This document shows positions 37,502 through 46,905 of a DNA stretch of 64,000 bases, piece by piece; positions within the stretch are counted from its first letter, which is position 1; each line of letters begins with the position of its first letter. A program made the translations under genes and the position numbers. The stretch comes from Bacteroidota bacterium (GTDB taxonomy: Bacteria > Bacteroidota > Rhodothermia > Balneolales > HLUCCA01). The DNA is taken from NCBI GenBank assembly GCA_020832235.1, contig JAFIEZ010000003.1:464264-528263 (forward strand), given 5' to 3'. The notes below the pieces were generated by a model. That model worked only from the letters and a program-made list of their open reading frames with translations. It was not told the origin of the DNA and did not search any database.

Positions 37502-38185
37502 ATGTCCAAACGATTATCTAAAGAAGATCTGGAGTCAGATGTACTCATAACTACATACGCCAGAATATCTATATATGTACAACAAAATACAGCAAAAGTT
37601 GTTGGTACAGCTATCGCTGTTTTAGTCTTGATCGGTTCAGTTGTTGGTTATACAATTCACAGCTCAAACCAGCAACAGGCAGCTCAGGCATTCCTTGGAT
37701 ATTCGGAACAGTACATAAATGTTGGTGATTATGAGGCTGCTCTATTTGGTACCGATAGTGTATTAGGAATTGGTCTTGTAGCCATAGTTAATAATTACGG
37801 TAGAACAGATGCAGGAAATCTTGCCCGATTTTACGCAGCAGTTGCAAAAAAAGAATTGGGTGACAATGATGCAGCCTTAAACTATATGCGAAATTTCAAA
37901 GCTCCAAACGGAGTATTAGGCGTAGGCGCAATATCATTTCATGCTGTTTTACTCGATAACGCTGGCAGACATACCGAAGCTGCTCGAGAATTCAGACGTG
38001 CAGCAAATTGGGATGTTAATTCGAGCACTACACCCCAAAATTTACTCCGTGGTGCACAGTCTGCCATTGCCGGTGATGATTATCGTCTCGCACAGGAGTT
38101 GGTAGAGCTAATTTTGTCCGATTATCCAAATTCGCCACAGGCAACAAATGCCCAACGACTCGCTGGAATGATAGCGGCACGGTAG
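37502..38185 (+). CDS. membrane-anchored TPR-like (YfgM-like) protein
   Basis: 227 aa. One TM helix after about 30 aa, then a helical repeat region. Confidence 0.5.
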   Translation: MSKRLSKEDLESDVLITTYARISIYVQQNTAKVVGTAIAVLVLIGSVVGYTIHSSNQQQAAQAFLGYSEQYINVGDYEAALFGTDSVLGIGLVAIVNNYGRTDAGNLARFYAAVAKKELGDNDAALNYMRNFKAPNGVLGVGAISFHAVLLDNAGRHTEAAREFRRAANWDVNSSTTPQNLLRGAQSAIAGDDYRLAQELVELILSDYPNSPQATNAQRLAGMIAAR

Positions 38186-38210
38186 TCAGGAAGCAATTTA
38201 TGCTAATTCC

Positions 38211-38245
38211 AAAGCCTGGTATTTAGTGATACCGGGCTTTTTTTG
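38211..38245 (+). terminator. rho-independent terminator
   Basis: AAAGCCTGGTAT-ttagtg-ATACCGGGCTTT stem followed by a T-run. Confidence 0.8.
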
Positions 38246-38307
38246 TGCTTAGGCGATTTAAGTGCTATTTTGGGTAATCATCTAACCGAAATACACAATG
38301 TCAACGA

Positions 38308-39990
38308 ATGAAATCAATAATCTACAGCCTACTATTGGTTGTTACATTTGCTGTAACAACCGCCAATGCGCAATTTGTATGGACGGAGCTCACTGAAGAC
38401 GAAAATCTGCCAACCGGAGTTCAGCTATTCCGGGGCGTTGATTCAAACGATCGTGTTATAGCATATTATTTGCTCGCCGATATGAATGAGCCTTCTATTA
38501 TAGTGCATCCTTTTTTAGGTCCTGCACAAGCAACCACTACTTTTACGAGTCGCGTAGGAGCAATTGCAGCCATAAATGCTGGATATTTCAATGTAACTAC
38601 AGGTGAATCGGTAAGTGCATACGTGAGCCCGGGTGGTGTAGTTGGGGCAACGAATATCTTAGCTGTCAATAGAGATGGAGTAAGCTATCCTATCACCCGT
38701 GCTTTTTTTGCGATACATGAAGACCGATCGATGTCTGTTGACTGGATTTATCACTTTGGAAACACCATAAATGACCTTTATTGGTACAGCGAACCCGCCC
38801 AAAACAGGCCTGGTTCGCCAGCACCAACACCAACAAGAGATCAGGGCAACCTATATGAAAACCTGCTTATGGGAGTAGGTGCTGGACCTGTACTCGTTAA
38901 AAATGGAGAGGTAAATTACACCTATGTTGAAGAGGGATTCTTCGGTAATTCCGGTCTTGTAGGAGACCAGCGAAGACCTAGAACAGCCGTAGGGTTTACG
39001 GCCGATAACAAAGTAATCATGTTCGTAGTTGACGCAGGTTCAATTATTGGTGGCTTACCATATAGGGGATTATCACTTCCTCAAGTTGCAGATGTTATGA
39101 TTTCGCTCGGTGCTGTAGAAGCTATGAACCTTGATGGGGGCGGGTCTTCAACCATGGCTGTGGGTAATAAGCTGATAAACAGGCCGAACGGGCAAACGAC
39201 ACAGCGCCCTGTTCCAACCATACTGAGTGTCATTTCAGCCGACTCACTTCAAATACCTCCCCCGCCGTTGGGCGAGGTGATTATTGATACAGAAGATGAC
39301 GGTGTCACATTCACGGGCGAAGATTGGTTTCAGACAGCAAATTTTTCGGACTCTTACGGTGGCGCTGCTTCAGCATCATGGCTTGTAGCACCGGGCGACG
39401 GATCACAGTTTGTTGAATATCAACCAGAGCTATTGAACGCAAAATATGAAGTATTCGGATGGTGGTCAGCTTCATTCAATCGCACCACGAATACCCCCTA
39501 TACCATTGACCATGCTGAAGGTTCAACCACAGTTAGAGTTAACCAGCAAATTAATAACGCTCAATGGGTCTCACTTGGTGAATTTTTGTTTACGGGTACA
39601 CAAACCGATCGGGTTGTAATTTCCAATGATGCATCAGGTGGAGATTTTGTAGTAGCAGATGCTATTCGCTTCGTCCAGACAGAACAAGCTGTTGTTAGCA
39701 TTGATGAACGCAGACAAGAAAGGGTTTCACAATTTCAGCTGCATCAAAACTACCCTAATCCATTTAATCCTTCAACAACCATATCCTTTAATTTGCCGGA
39801 AGCATCGCACGTTGAACTGCAAATCTTCGACGTTACAGGTCGACTTCTGCACACCGCGTTCGCCGGTTTCATGAGCTCCGGCAGCCATGCTGTTCAATTT
39901 AATGCTCAACATCTACCTAGTGGAAATTATTTGTATGCTCTTCAGACAGAGATGGGTAGAGAAATTCGGATGATGACCTTAATCAAATAA
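38308..39990 (+). CDS. secreted phosphodiester glycosidase (DUF2233/NAGPA)-domain protein with T9SS C-terminal sorting domain
   Basis: Signal peptide, INAGYFN, RTAVGFT, and NLDGGGSSTM. The C-terminal domain begins NYPNPFNPSTTISFNL. Confidence 0.75.
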   Translation: MKSIIYSLLLVVTFAVTTANAQFVWTELTEDENLPTGVQLFRGVDSNDRVIAYYLLADMNEPSIIVHPFLGPAQATTTFTSRVGAIAAINAGYFNVTTGESVSAYVSPGGVVGATNILAVNRDGVSYPITRAFFAIHEDRSMSVDWIYHFGNTINDLYWYSEPAQNRPGSPAPTPTRDQGNLYENLLMGVGAGPVLVKNGEVNYTYVEEGFFGNSGLVGDQRRPRTAVGFTADNKVIMFVVDAGSIIGGLPYRGLSLPQVADVMISLGAVEAMNLDGGGSSTMAVGNKLINRPNGQTTQRPVPTILSVISADSLQIPPPPLGEVIIDTEDDGVTFTGEDWFQTANFSDSYGGAASASWLVAPGDGSQFVEYQPELLNAKYEVFGWWSASFNRTTNTPYTIDHAEGSTTVRVNQQINNAQWVSLGEFLFTGTQTDRVVISNDASGGDFVVADAIRFVQTEQAVVSIDERRQERVSQFQLHQNYPNPFNPSTTISFNLPEASHVELQIFDVTGRLLHTAFAGFMSSGSHAVQFNAQHLPSGNYLYALQTEMGREIRMMTLIK

Positions 39991-40046
39991 GCGTAATCAA
40001 TACATCTAAGCCCTGCAAAACAACACTTATTGCAGGGCTTCTGAAT

Positions 40047-41249
40047 TTAATGCTGTGAAGATTTTAAAGCACTAGCAATGTCGTTCTTGATGTCGGTTAT
40101 ATGCTCCAACCCAACACTGATTCTTATTAAACCATCTGATATACCCACAGCCTCCCGATCAGCTATACTTAATTTTGAATGCGTAGTACTTGCAGGATGC
40201 GTAACAATGGTACGTGAATCGCCCAAATTGGCCGTTAGCGAGCAAAGTTTAATATTGTCGAGAAAAGCACGACCACGTTCTAGTCCTCCTTTAACCGAAA
40301 AACAAACCATTCCTCCCCCACTTTTCATCTGTTTTTGAGCCAGGTTGTACTGCGGATATGATTTCAGATAAGGGTATTTAACGGATTCAAGGTGCTGCAT
40401 GTGCTCCGCCTCTAACCATTCGGCCAGATGCATTGCGTTGTTAGCATGCTTCTCCATCCGTATTGACAATGTCTCCAAGCTTTTAGAAAAAATCCACGCA
40501 TTGAACGGTGACATTGCCGGTCCAGAATGACGAGCGAAAAAACGTAGTTCTTTAACAATATCTTTGCGACCTACAATAATGCCTCCAATTGCCCTACCCT
40601 GCCCGTCGATGTACTTTGTAGCAGAATGGGTAATAATATCTGCACCAAACTCAGATGGCTTCTGCACAAACGGTGTAGCGAAGCAATTATCGATATTGAG
40701 AAGGATATCATGCCGTTTGGCTATCTGACCAAGCATCTGTAGGTCTAATAGATCGAGTCCTGGATTGGATGGTGTTTCAGCAAAAATCATTCTAGTATTG
40801 GGCTGTATGGCTTTCTCCCAATCTTCTTCTGAAGCGGATGTATCAACATAGGTGTGCTTTATTCCCCATCTCGGTAAGAGCATCGTTAATACCTGATGTG
40901 TAGATCCAAATACAGCCCTTGACGCTACTACATGATCACCCTGCTTAAGAATCCCTGCAAGACTCACAAAGACGGCGGCCATACCAGATGCCGTTGTTAA
41001 TCCATCTTCTGCATCCTCCAAAAGGCACATCTTTTCAATTAACTCATTGGAGTTGGGATTTGAAAAGCGCGTATAGATATTTCCCTCGATTTCATCGGCA
41101 AACATGGCTCTGGCCTGCTCCGCATCGTCAAACATGAAACTGGATGTCATGTAAATAGGAACCGCATGCTCTCGGTTACCGGATCGTTCAGTTTGAGCAC
41201 GTATAGCTATCGTTTCAGGATGAAATCCGTCTGGCAAATCATTAGGCAT
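40047..41249 (-). CDS. PLP-dependent trans-sulfuration enzyme (O-succinyl/acetyl-homoserine sulfhydrylase or cystathionine gamma-synthase family)
   Basis: 400 aa. HSATKYIDGQGR is the PLP-lysine motif of the Cys/Met metabolism family. Confidence 0.85.
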   Translation of the reverse strand: MPNDLPDGFHPETIAIRAQTERSGNREHAVPIYMTSSFMFDDAEQARAMFADEIEGNIYTRFSNPNSNELIEKMCLLEDAEDGLTTASGMAAVFVSLAGILKQGDHVVASRAVFGSTHQVLTMLLPRWGIKHTYVDTSASEEDWEKAIQPNTRMIFAETPSNPGLDLLDLQMLGQIAKRHDILLNIDNCFATPFVQKPSEFGADIITHSATKYIDGQGRAIGGIIVGRKDIVKELRFFARHSGPAMSPFNAWIFSKSLETLSIRMEKHANNAMHLAEWLEAEHMQHLESVKYPYLKSYPQYNLAQKQMKSGGGMVCFSVKGGLERGRAFLDNIKLCSLTANLGDSRTIVTHPASTTHSKLSIADREAVGISDGLIRISVGLEHITDIKNDIASALKSSQH

Positions 41250-41251
41250 TA

Positions 41252-41671
41252 TCAGGTAAATTGTACTTCGTGGGTAATTTCTGCAGTGTTTTCAAGCATT
41301 TTAGACACAGAACAGTACTTTTCCATAGAAAGTGCCGCCGCTTTAAGCGCTTTTTGCTTCTGATCTTCCTCTAAACCACCAAGCTTAAAAATAACATGGA
41401 TTTTCTTGAACAAAGCGGGGACTTCTGCGGGATCTCTGTCGCCTGTAATCTCTACATCGATAGTACTAAGTTCGACTCTCTGCTTTCTTAAAATACTGAT
41501 GACATCGATGCTACTGCATCCACCTACACCCATAAGCAACAACTGCATGGGTCTGGCACCAAGATTATGACCGCCAATAGCGGGATTACCGTCCATGTGA
41601 ACCACATTTCCGGAATCATTTACAGCTTCCATGTGGAAGTCATTATCAATTCGTTTAACATGTACTTTCAT
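41252..41671 (-). CDS. OsmC-family protein
   Basis: 139 aa. GGCSSIDV and MEKYCSVSKML are the paired-Cys pattern of OsmC/Ohr. Confidence 0.8.
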   Translation of the reverse strand: MKVHVKRIDNDFHMEAVNDSGNVVHMDGNPAIGGHNLGARPMQLLLMGVGGCSSIDVISILRKQRVELSTIDVEITGDRDPAEVPALFKKIHVIFKLGGLEEDQKQKALKAAALSMEKYCSVSKMLENTAEITHEVQFT

Positions 41672-41682
41672 AGTGGTATAAA

Positions 41683-42597
41683 TTAATGAGCGTAATTAAA
41701 AACGGCGGCCTCTACACTTTCTTTGACCTTGAGTTCACCAAGCCAAGCACCTGGAAGAATTTCCTTTCCATGCAATGCACCAAGCAAACTGCCAAGATAG
41801 AAACCAACGGCTCCGCTGGTACCGCCAAGATTCGATGTAGCAACTAGTGCTTCTTCAAAGCTGTTATGATATTTAAAGAATGCACTTCCCACAAAGGCAA
41901 GCACGTTGTCTGCGTTATTATTGATATTTCCACAAGCTTCCGCAACTTTATCAAGCGGAGCGCTGAGTAAGGGTTCCGTGAGTTGCATTCGACGTTTCAT
42001 CTTGTAGTCGTGCGGAAAATGTACTTCTGCCTCATCTGCATATTCAATGGCTTTTCTTACAAACATAATTTTGTCAAAACTGGAGGGATCTGATTTGAAT
42101 AGATCAGCCAGTAACCTCAAATAAATCCACACACCTTGCTGCCAGACGACAGAAACTGGCGACAAACTTTTGAGCCAGTCGGCCATATCGCTTACGGAAT
42201 TTTTTCCTGCGCACAAGCGGTAAGCCGCAGGCATTGCAAAAGCGAATGTGTAATGCCCTTCATCAGGGAAAGGAGGCCAGGGGAATGTAGCACTTTTGGG
42301 CCAAAGCATCTGAAATCGGTTAAAGCTGTCTTTAATGTTAAAAGCAAATCCTTGCAAATCGGGTAAAGGTCGTGAGGCTTTTAAGACGGCGAGCATCGCT
42401 TCAGTTTGGCGGGCTGTGCTTCCGGCAGGAAGGGCATAAAAGGTCTCGGACTCTGGTCTGGGCACAAGATTTTCAATCTTCGTAAAGGTAGATTTAACTT
42501 GATCGGGTGTCATTCCTTCAGCGGGTAAGGCAAAGCTTTCCCCCAATGAAGCAGCCAGACAGCTGGCTAAAAAACGGTCATTTAAATTCGAACTCAT
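41683..42597 (-). CDS. ADP-ribosylglycohydrolase-like protein with substituted metal-site residues
   Basis: 304 aa. The N-terminal LAASLGESFALP stands in for the usual G-D-A-x-G. The C-terminal NLGGTSGAVGFYLGSLLGALHGKEILPGAW stands in for GGDTDT...GA.G...IP..W. Confidence 0.5.
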   Translation of the reverse strand: MSSNLNDRFLASCLAASLGESFALPAEGMTPDQVKSTFTKIENLVPRPESETFYALPAGSTARQTEAMLAVLKASRPLPDLQGFAFNIKDSFNRFQMLWPKSATFPWPPFPDEGHYTFAFAMPAAYRLCAGKNSVSDMADWLKSLSPVSVVWQQGVWIYLRLLADLFKSDPSSFDKIMFVRKAIEYADEAEVHFPHDYKMKRRMQLTEPLLSAPLDKVAEACGNINNNADNVLAFVGSAFFKYHNSFEEALVATSNLGGTSGAVGFYLGSLLGALHGKEILPGAWLGELKVKESVEAAVFNYAH

Positions 42598-42647
42598 GAT
42601 TGTGTATTAACCTGTATTAAATGAATTGCCTGATCATATCGTATAAC

Positions 42648-44006
42648 TCAGTGCAATAATGTATGTAATTTATTTTCTTGTTTTGTTGATTCCGTTTCGA
42701 ACCAGTTCAAGATTTCACCAATCTGATTGCTTTGACTTGATTTTGCCATTATTCCAGGTGAACCTTTTATTAGGTAACTGCTTTTAAGCTCATCGTGTAC
42801 AAGCACTTTAGCATCAGATACCATTTTTGCGGCCAACCGATAAGCTTCTCTAAACGGCATACCCTGTGAAACCAATTTATTGGCCTCATGTGTGGCAAAT
42901 ACTTCCGCCGTAAGACTCCGCTCACAAGCCTCAACATCCACATCAACCCCGCGCAACGCCCGCTCAACAGCCGTAGCAAGCTCCTCAGCCGCAAACACCG
43001 CATCCATCACCGCACGCTTGCTGACCTGCAAATCCCGGTGATAACCCGACGTCAAATTAGCCCCCACCGAAGAAAGCTCCGCTGAAATTCCCGAAAACCG
43101 ATGATACGTCGCTCTGATCAACTCCCAGGCATCCGGATTGCGTTTCTGAGGCATAATACTGCTCCCGCTCGTCTGATCTTCACTCAGGCGCAGATACCCA
43201 AAAGCAGGATTCACAAACAAAATAACATCCGCAGCCAGACGGTTAAACGTAAGAGCAGCATAACCTAAAGCATCCACCACTCGTTTTTCCAAAACGCCCC
43301 TACCCGGCTGAACCGCCGTCACAGGCCACTGCACTTCGCTGAAACCCATCAAGTCCGCCGCAAGACCCCGCTCCAAGCCAAAATAGGGAACACCGTATCC
43401 TGCAGCGCTCCCCAACGGAGACCTGTCCACTTCCCGATACACCCCCAACACAGAACGCATATCAGCCAGCATCAAATCTTGCCAACCGGCCGCCCACGCA
43501 TCAACGGAAGAAGGCATCGCCGGTTGTGTATGCGTCATTCCTGCAAAAAAAACACCCTCATATCGCTCACCAAGCTCGCCCATCACCTGAAATATCCGTA
43601 TCCACGAACCAACAAGCTCACGCATGCGGTGCTTTAGAAACAAACGCACATCCGTAGCAACCTGATCATTTCTGGACCTGCCGGTATGAATACGCTTCCC
43701 CGCCTCTCCACAATCCGCAATGAGGTGCCGCTCAACACAGGAATGTACATCTTCATCGTGTTCCTCCAATTGGAATTCACCCATTTCCCATGAGCGATAG
43801 TACCGTTTCAATGCCTGTGAAACGGCGTCGTATTCTTGCTGAGAATAAATTCCGGCTTGTTTCAGAATGGCTGCCTGCGCCAGATTGCCGAGTAAATCAT
43901 AGGTTATCAGATACTGATCGTAGCTACGGTCTTCCCGGGTTGTAAATCGGTCAAACCAGTCGCGATTAAGCTGCGATTTATCGTCCTTTTGCCAAATTTT
44001 ACTCAT
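42648..44006 (-). CDS. argH: argininosuccinate lyase
   Basis: 452 aa. TGRSRNDQV, MTHTQPA and GSSIMPQKRNPD motifs. Confidence 0.95.
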   Translation of the reverse strand: MSKIWQKDDKSQLNRDWFDRFTTREDRSYDQYLITYDLLGNLAQAAILKQAGIYSQQEYDAVSQALKRYYRSWEMGEFQLEEHDEDVHSCVERHLIADCGEAGKRIHTGRSRNDQVATDVRLFLKHRMRELVGSWIRIFQVMGELGERYEGVFFAGMTHTQPAMPSSVDAWAAGWQDLMLADMRSVLGVYREVDRSPLGSAAGYGVPYFGLERGLAADLMGFSEVQWPVTAVQPGRGVLEKRVVDALGYAALTFNRLAADVILFVNPAFGYLRLSEDQTSGSSIMPQKRNPDAWELIRATYHRFSGISAELSSVGANLTSGYHRDLQVSKRAVMDAVFAAEELATAVERALRGVDVDVEACERSLTAEVFATHEANKLVSQGMPFREAYRLAAKMVSDAKVLVHDELKSSYLIKGSPGIMAKSSQSNQIGEILNWFETESTKQENKLHTLLH

Positions 44007-44010
44007 ATCA

Positions 44011-45114
44011 TCATGCCTGATTTATTCGTTCGAAATACATTTTAATAATGGATTTGTATAAAGAGACACCCGCATTCAATTGGGAGATTTCAATATGCTC
44101 ATTGTGCTTATGTGATAACTCGCTATGACCGGGACCTATTTTAACAACAGGGATGTCCGACAAGAACACCCAGTCTGAGGCTGTAGGACTCCCAAAAAAG
44201 ACCTGTCCTGATGCATCGAGCGCGCATTGTGCAATTATCGATTGATCATCGGTTTGCGTGCTGACAAAACGGTCACTGATAACCTCGACTTCGCACCCAA
44301 TTGCTGATTGTATGGTATGAAGTATACGCTCATTAGGAATTTCCGGAATGGTTCTGATATCTAAAATTACATCGGTGCTCTCGGGCATTGCGTTGTTTAC
44401 AGTACCAGCCGAAATCTTCGTGGGCGTTATTTTAATATTTCCAATAAATGGATTTTGCTCTGAAAATTGTAGGTCCCGAAGTTTTTGCAGTACATCTGCC
44501 ATCTCATAGATAGCATTTTTGCCATACACGCGAGCAGCATGACCCGATTCACCTCTTGTAGTGAGACGCACAACGAGGAGTCCTTTTTGAGCAACACAGG
44601 GTGCTAAAGACGTGGGCTCACCAATAAGAGCCGCATCGGGTCTTGGAAGCCTTCCCTCGTCCATCAGGGTTCTCAGATAAGCCATACCGTTAAATTCCCC
44701 CGAAGTTTCCTCGCAGATTGTAAGTGCGAAGCTCACTTTTCCGGCATTGGGCTTCCAGCCTTCATGGGCAAGTTCAAGCAGAGATCGTAGCATTGCCGTT
44801 CCACATCCCTTTGCATCTGTTGTGCCCCTGCCCCAAATACACCCATCTCTTTCCTCCGGACTGAACGGATCGCCGTGGTGATTTGCAGATGGTGGTACAA
44901 CATCGGAGTGGGAATTTAATAGCAGCCACCGACCGGGTTTCCCAGAGTCTATACTGAAAATGATATTGTCACCATAGCGATCCGTGTGCAAGAGTTTGGT
45001 TTTGGAAACAGCCTCCTCCAGCCAGTCGACCAACTCCTGTTCATTCGTGCTCAGACTTGGGAAACGCACCAGGGCTTTAAGTAATTCTTTTGGATCTTCC
45101 TGTAATAAGTTCAT
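44011..45114 (-). CDS. argE: M20-family deacylase (ArgE-like by context)
   Basis: 367 aa. HSDVVP, GRGTTDAKG, CEETSG and GESGHAA motifs. Confidence 0.75.
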   Translation of the reverse strand: MNLLQEDPKELLKALVRFPSLSTNEQELVDWLEEAVSKTKLLHTDRYGDNIIFSIDSGKPGRWLLLNSHSDVVPPSANHHGDPFSPEERDGCIWGRGTTDAKGCGTAMLRSLLELAHEGWKPNAGKVSFALTICEETSGEFNGMAYLRTLMDEGRLPRPDAALIGEPTSLAPCVAQKGLLVVRLTTRGESGHAARVYGKNAIYEMADVLQKLRDLQFSEQNPFIGNIKITPTKISAGTVNNAMPESTDVILDIRTIPEIPNERILHTIQSAIGCEVEVISDRFVSTQTDDQSIIAQCALDASGQVFFGSPTASDWVFLSDIPVVKIGPGHSELSHKHNEHIEISQLNAGVSLYKSIIKMYFERINQA

Positions 45115-45115
45115 A

Positions 45116-45892
45116 TCACGAATGGATTAACAGTGTTCCACGATGTTTCTTGAGGCCGGTCGGATTGGTTAGCCTTACAGCTCCTATCCCGGAAGCTAAT
45201 GCTTGAAACCCGGTATGCAGCTTGGGTATCATGCCTTGGTTTATCCATCCCTCCTGAATGCCTTTATCTCGTAAATCGGATGTCATCCGCGCAATGGGTT
45301 CGCCGGTGTGCCCAAGAACGGCCTCAGGCTCCATTAACATAACGATTTCTGACGCATTTAAGGCTGAAGCAATAGCGATTGAGAACGTATCAGCGTTAAT
45401 GTTTAATGTTCCTTCGTTTGCTGACCATGTAAGGCAACCGATAACCGGAATGAATCCTGCGTTGAGCAGTACGTGTAACAACGTTGGATTAACATGGTCA
45501 ATTTCACCTACAAGCTGAAAATCTACTGGCTTTCCATCCATAAGCAGCGGTTCTCTTCGGAGTGCAGTCGTAAGCTCTCCATCCGTGCCATTGAGACCTA
45601 CAGCGGAGATACCCTGTTTTCTCAGTGCGCTTACCAGGTTATTGTTTACACTTCCACCAACAGTGTACCGAAGCACCTCAAGAGCCTCAGGTGTAGTAAC
45701 CCTCCTGCCCTGTACCTGTACCGATTGCTGTCCTAATTTAGCAGATAAAGCGTTTATCTGTTTACCGCCTCCATGCACAATGACAACAGGGCGCGTGTGT
45801 TGGATGCAATCATCTACAAAGGAAAATATATGCTCCAGCGCTTCAGGCTGATCGGTTAAGCTTCCGCTGATTTTTACAACGACAGGTCCCAT
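45116..45892 (-). CDS. argB: acetylglutamate kinase (short form)
   Basis: 258 aa. VVKISGS, IVHGGGKQI, and NINAD. Confidence 0.9.
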   Translation of the reverse strand: MGPVVVKISGSLTDQPEALEHIFSFVDDCIQHTRPVVIVHGGGKQINALSAKLGQQSVQVQGRRVTTPEALEVLRYTVGGSVNNNLVSALRKQGISAVGLNGTDGELTTALRREPLLMDGKPVDFQLVGEIDHVNPTLLHVLLNAGFIPVIGCLTWSANEGTLNINADTFSIAIASALNASEIVMLMEPEAVLGHTGEPIARMTSDLRDKGIQEGWINQGMIPKLHTGFQALASGIGAVRLTNPTGLKKHRGTLLIHS

Positions 45893-46905
45893 AATTGCAT
45901 TAGGATTGATTTTTGAACATGCAGGCGGTTTTCAGCTTCATCAATATGTCGAGCATTGGGACTATCCAGCACGTCATCGCTCACGACAACATTTCGTCGA
46001 ACCGGCAAACAATGCATGAAATAGGCTTCGTTTGTATATTGCATTTTATCAGCGTCCAATGTCCAGTACTGATATTTTTCTTTGCGTAAACGTGCTTCTT
46101 CGAGCGGATTTTGATACACAATTGGAGATGCCCATGATTTGGCATATACCACATCGGCGCCGGTAAGGGCAGACTGTTGATCGTGGTCGATAACAAGGTT
46201 GTTTCCGTAGGTTGCACATTGCTGTTTAAATCGGTCTATAAACTGTGTATCGGGCACCATTTCGGGTGGGCAAGCCAGAGTTACCTGTATGCCACTTCTG
46301 CTAGCCATATCCAACACCGATACAGGAACCGCCTGTGGTAGTGGTGAGGGATGGGGCGCCCAGGTTAGAACTAGTTTCTTATCAGGCAATGCGTTCTTGC
46401 CAAATAACTCGCGTATGGTCATCCAGTCGGCCATAGCCTGACAAGGGTGCTCCATGGCACTCTCCATGTTGATAACCGGTACCTCGGCATAATGGGCAAC
46501 GGATTTCATGAGGCGCTCAGTGTAATCGGCATCTTGGTCTTTTAGCGTTGAAAATGCTCGAACACCGATGGCATCACAGTACCTGGATAACACCTGTATG
46601 GCCTCTTTGAGATGTTCTGTTTTATTGCCATTCATAACGGCGCCAAATTCGGTCTCGAGTGTCCAGGAACCGGATCCGGGTGAAATTATGGATGAACCTG
46701 CACCTAAGTGAATTGCCGCAGCCTCAAATGATACTTTTGTTCGCAATGAAGGGTTGAAAAACAGCAGTCCGAGGACCTTCCCCTCTGCCTTTCGGCTTCG
46801 GTAGCGAAGTTTTTTTAACTCATCGGCCCGGTCTAATAAAGCCAGAAGGTTTTGATTTGACCAGTCGTTTAGACTTATGAAATGTTTATTTTGAGATGAC
46901 ATCAA
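45874..46905 (-). CDS. N-acyl-L-ornithine carbamoyltransferase (AOTCase/SOTCase class)
   Basis: NPSLRTK carbamoyl-phosphate motif and HCLPVRRN. The proline-rich TWAPHPSPLPQAVP loop is, as far as I recall, characteristic of acyl-ornithine rather than classical ornithine transcarbamylases. Confidence 0.8.
   Translation of the reverse strand: MMSSQNKHFISLNDWSNQNLLALLDRADELKKLRYRSRKAEGKVLGLLFFNPSLRTKVSFEAAAIHLGAGSSIISPGSGSWTLETEFGAVMNGNKTEHLKEAIQVLSRYCDAIGVRAFSTLKDQDADYTERLMKSVAHYAEVPVINMESAMEHPCQAMADWMTIRELFGKNALPDKKLVLTWAPHPSPLPQAVPVSVLDMASRSGIQVTLACPPEMVPDTQFIDRFKQQCATYGNNLVIDHDQQSALTGADVVYAKSWASPIVYQNPLEEARLRKEKYQYWTLDADKMQYTNEAYFMHCLPVRRNVVVSDDVLDSPNARHIDEAENRLHVQKSILMQLWDLSL

Noticed and set aside
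40008-40040. Hairpin AAGCCCTGCAA...TTGCAGGGCTT between two convergent genes, considered as a terminator feature
   Set aside because: The 11-bp stem is real, but there is no U-tract on either strand. It is probably a bidirectional terminator, but I could not support it well enough to list as a feature.
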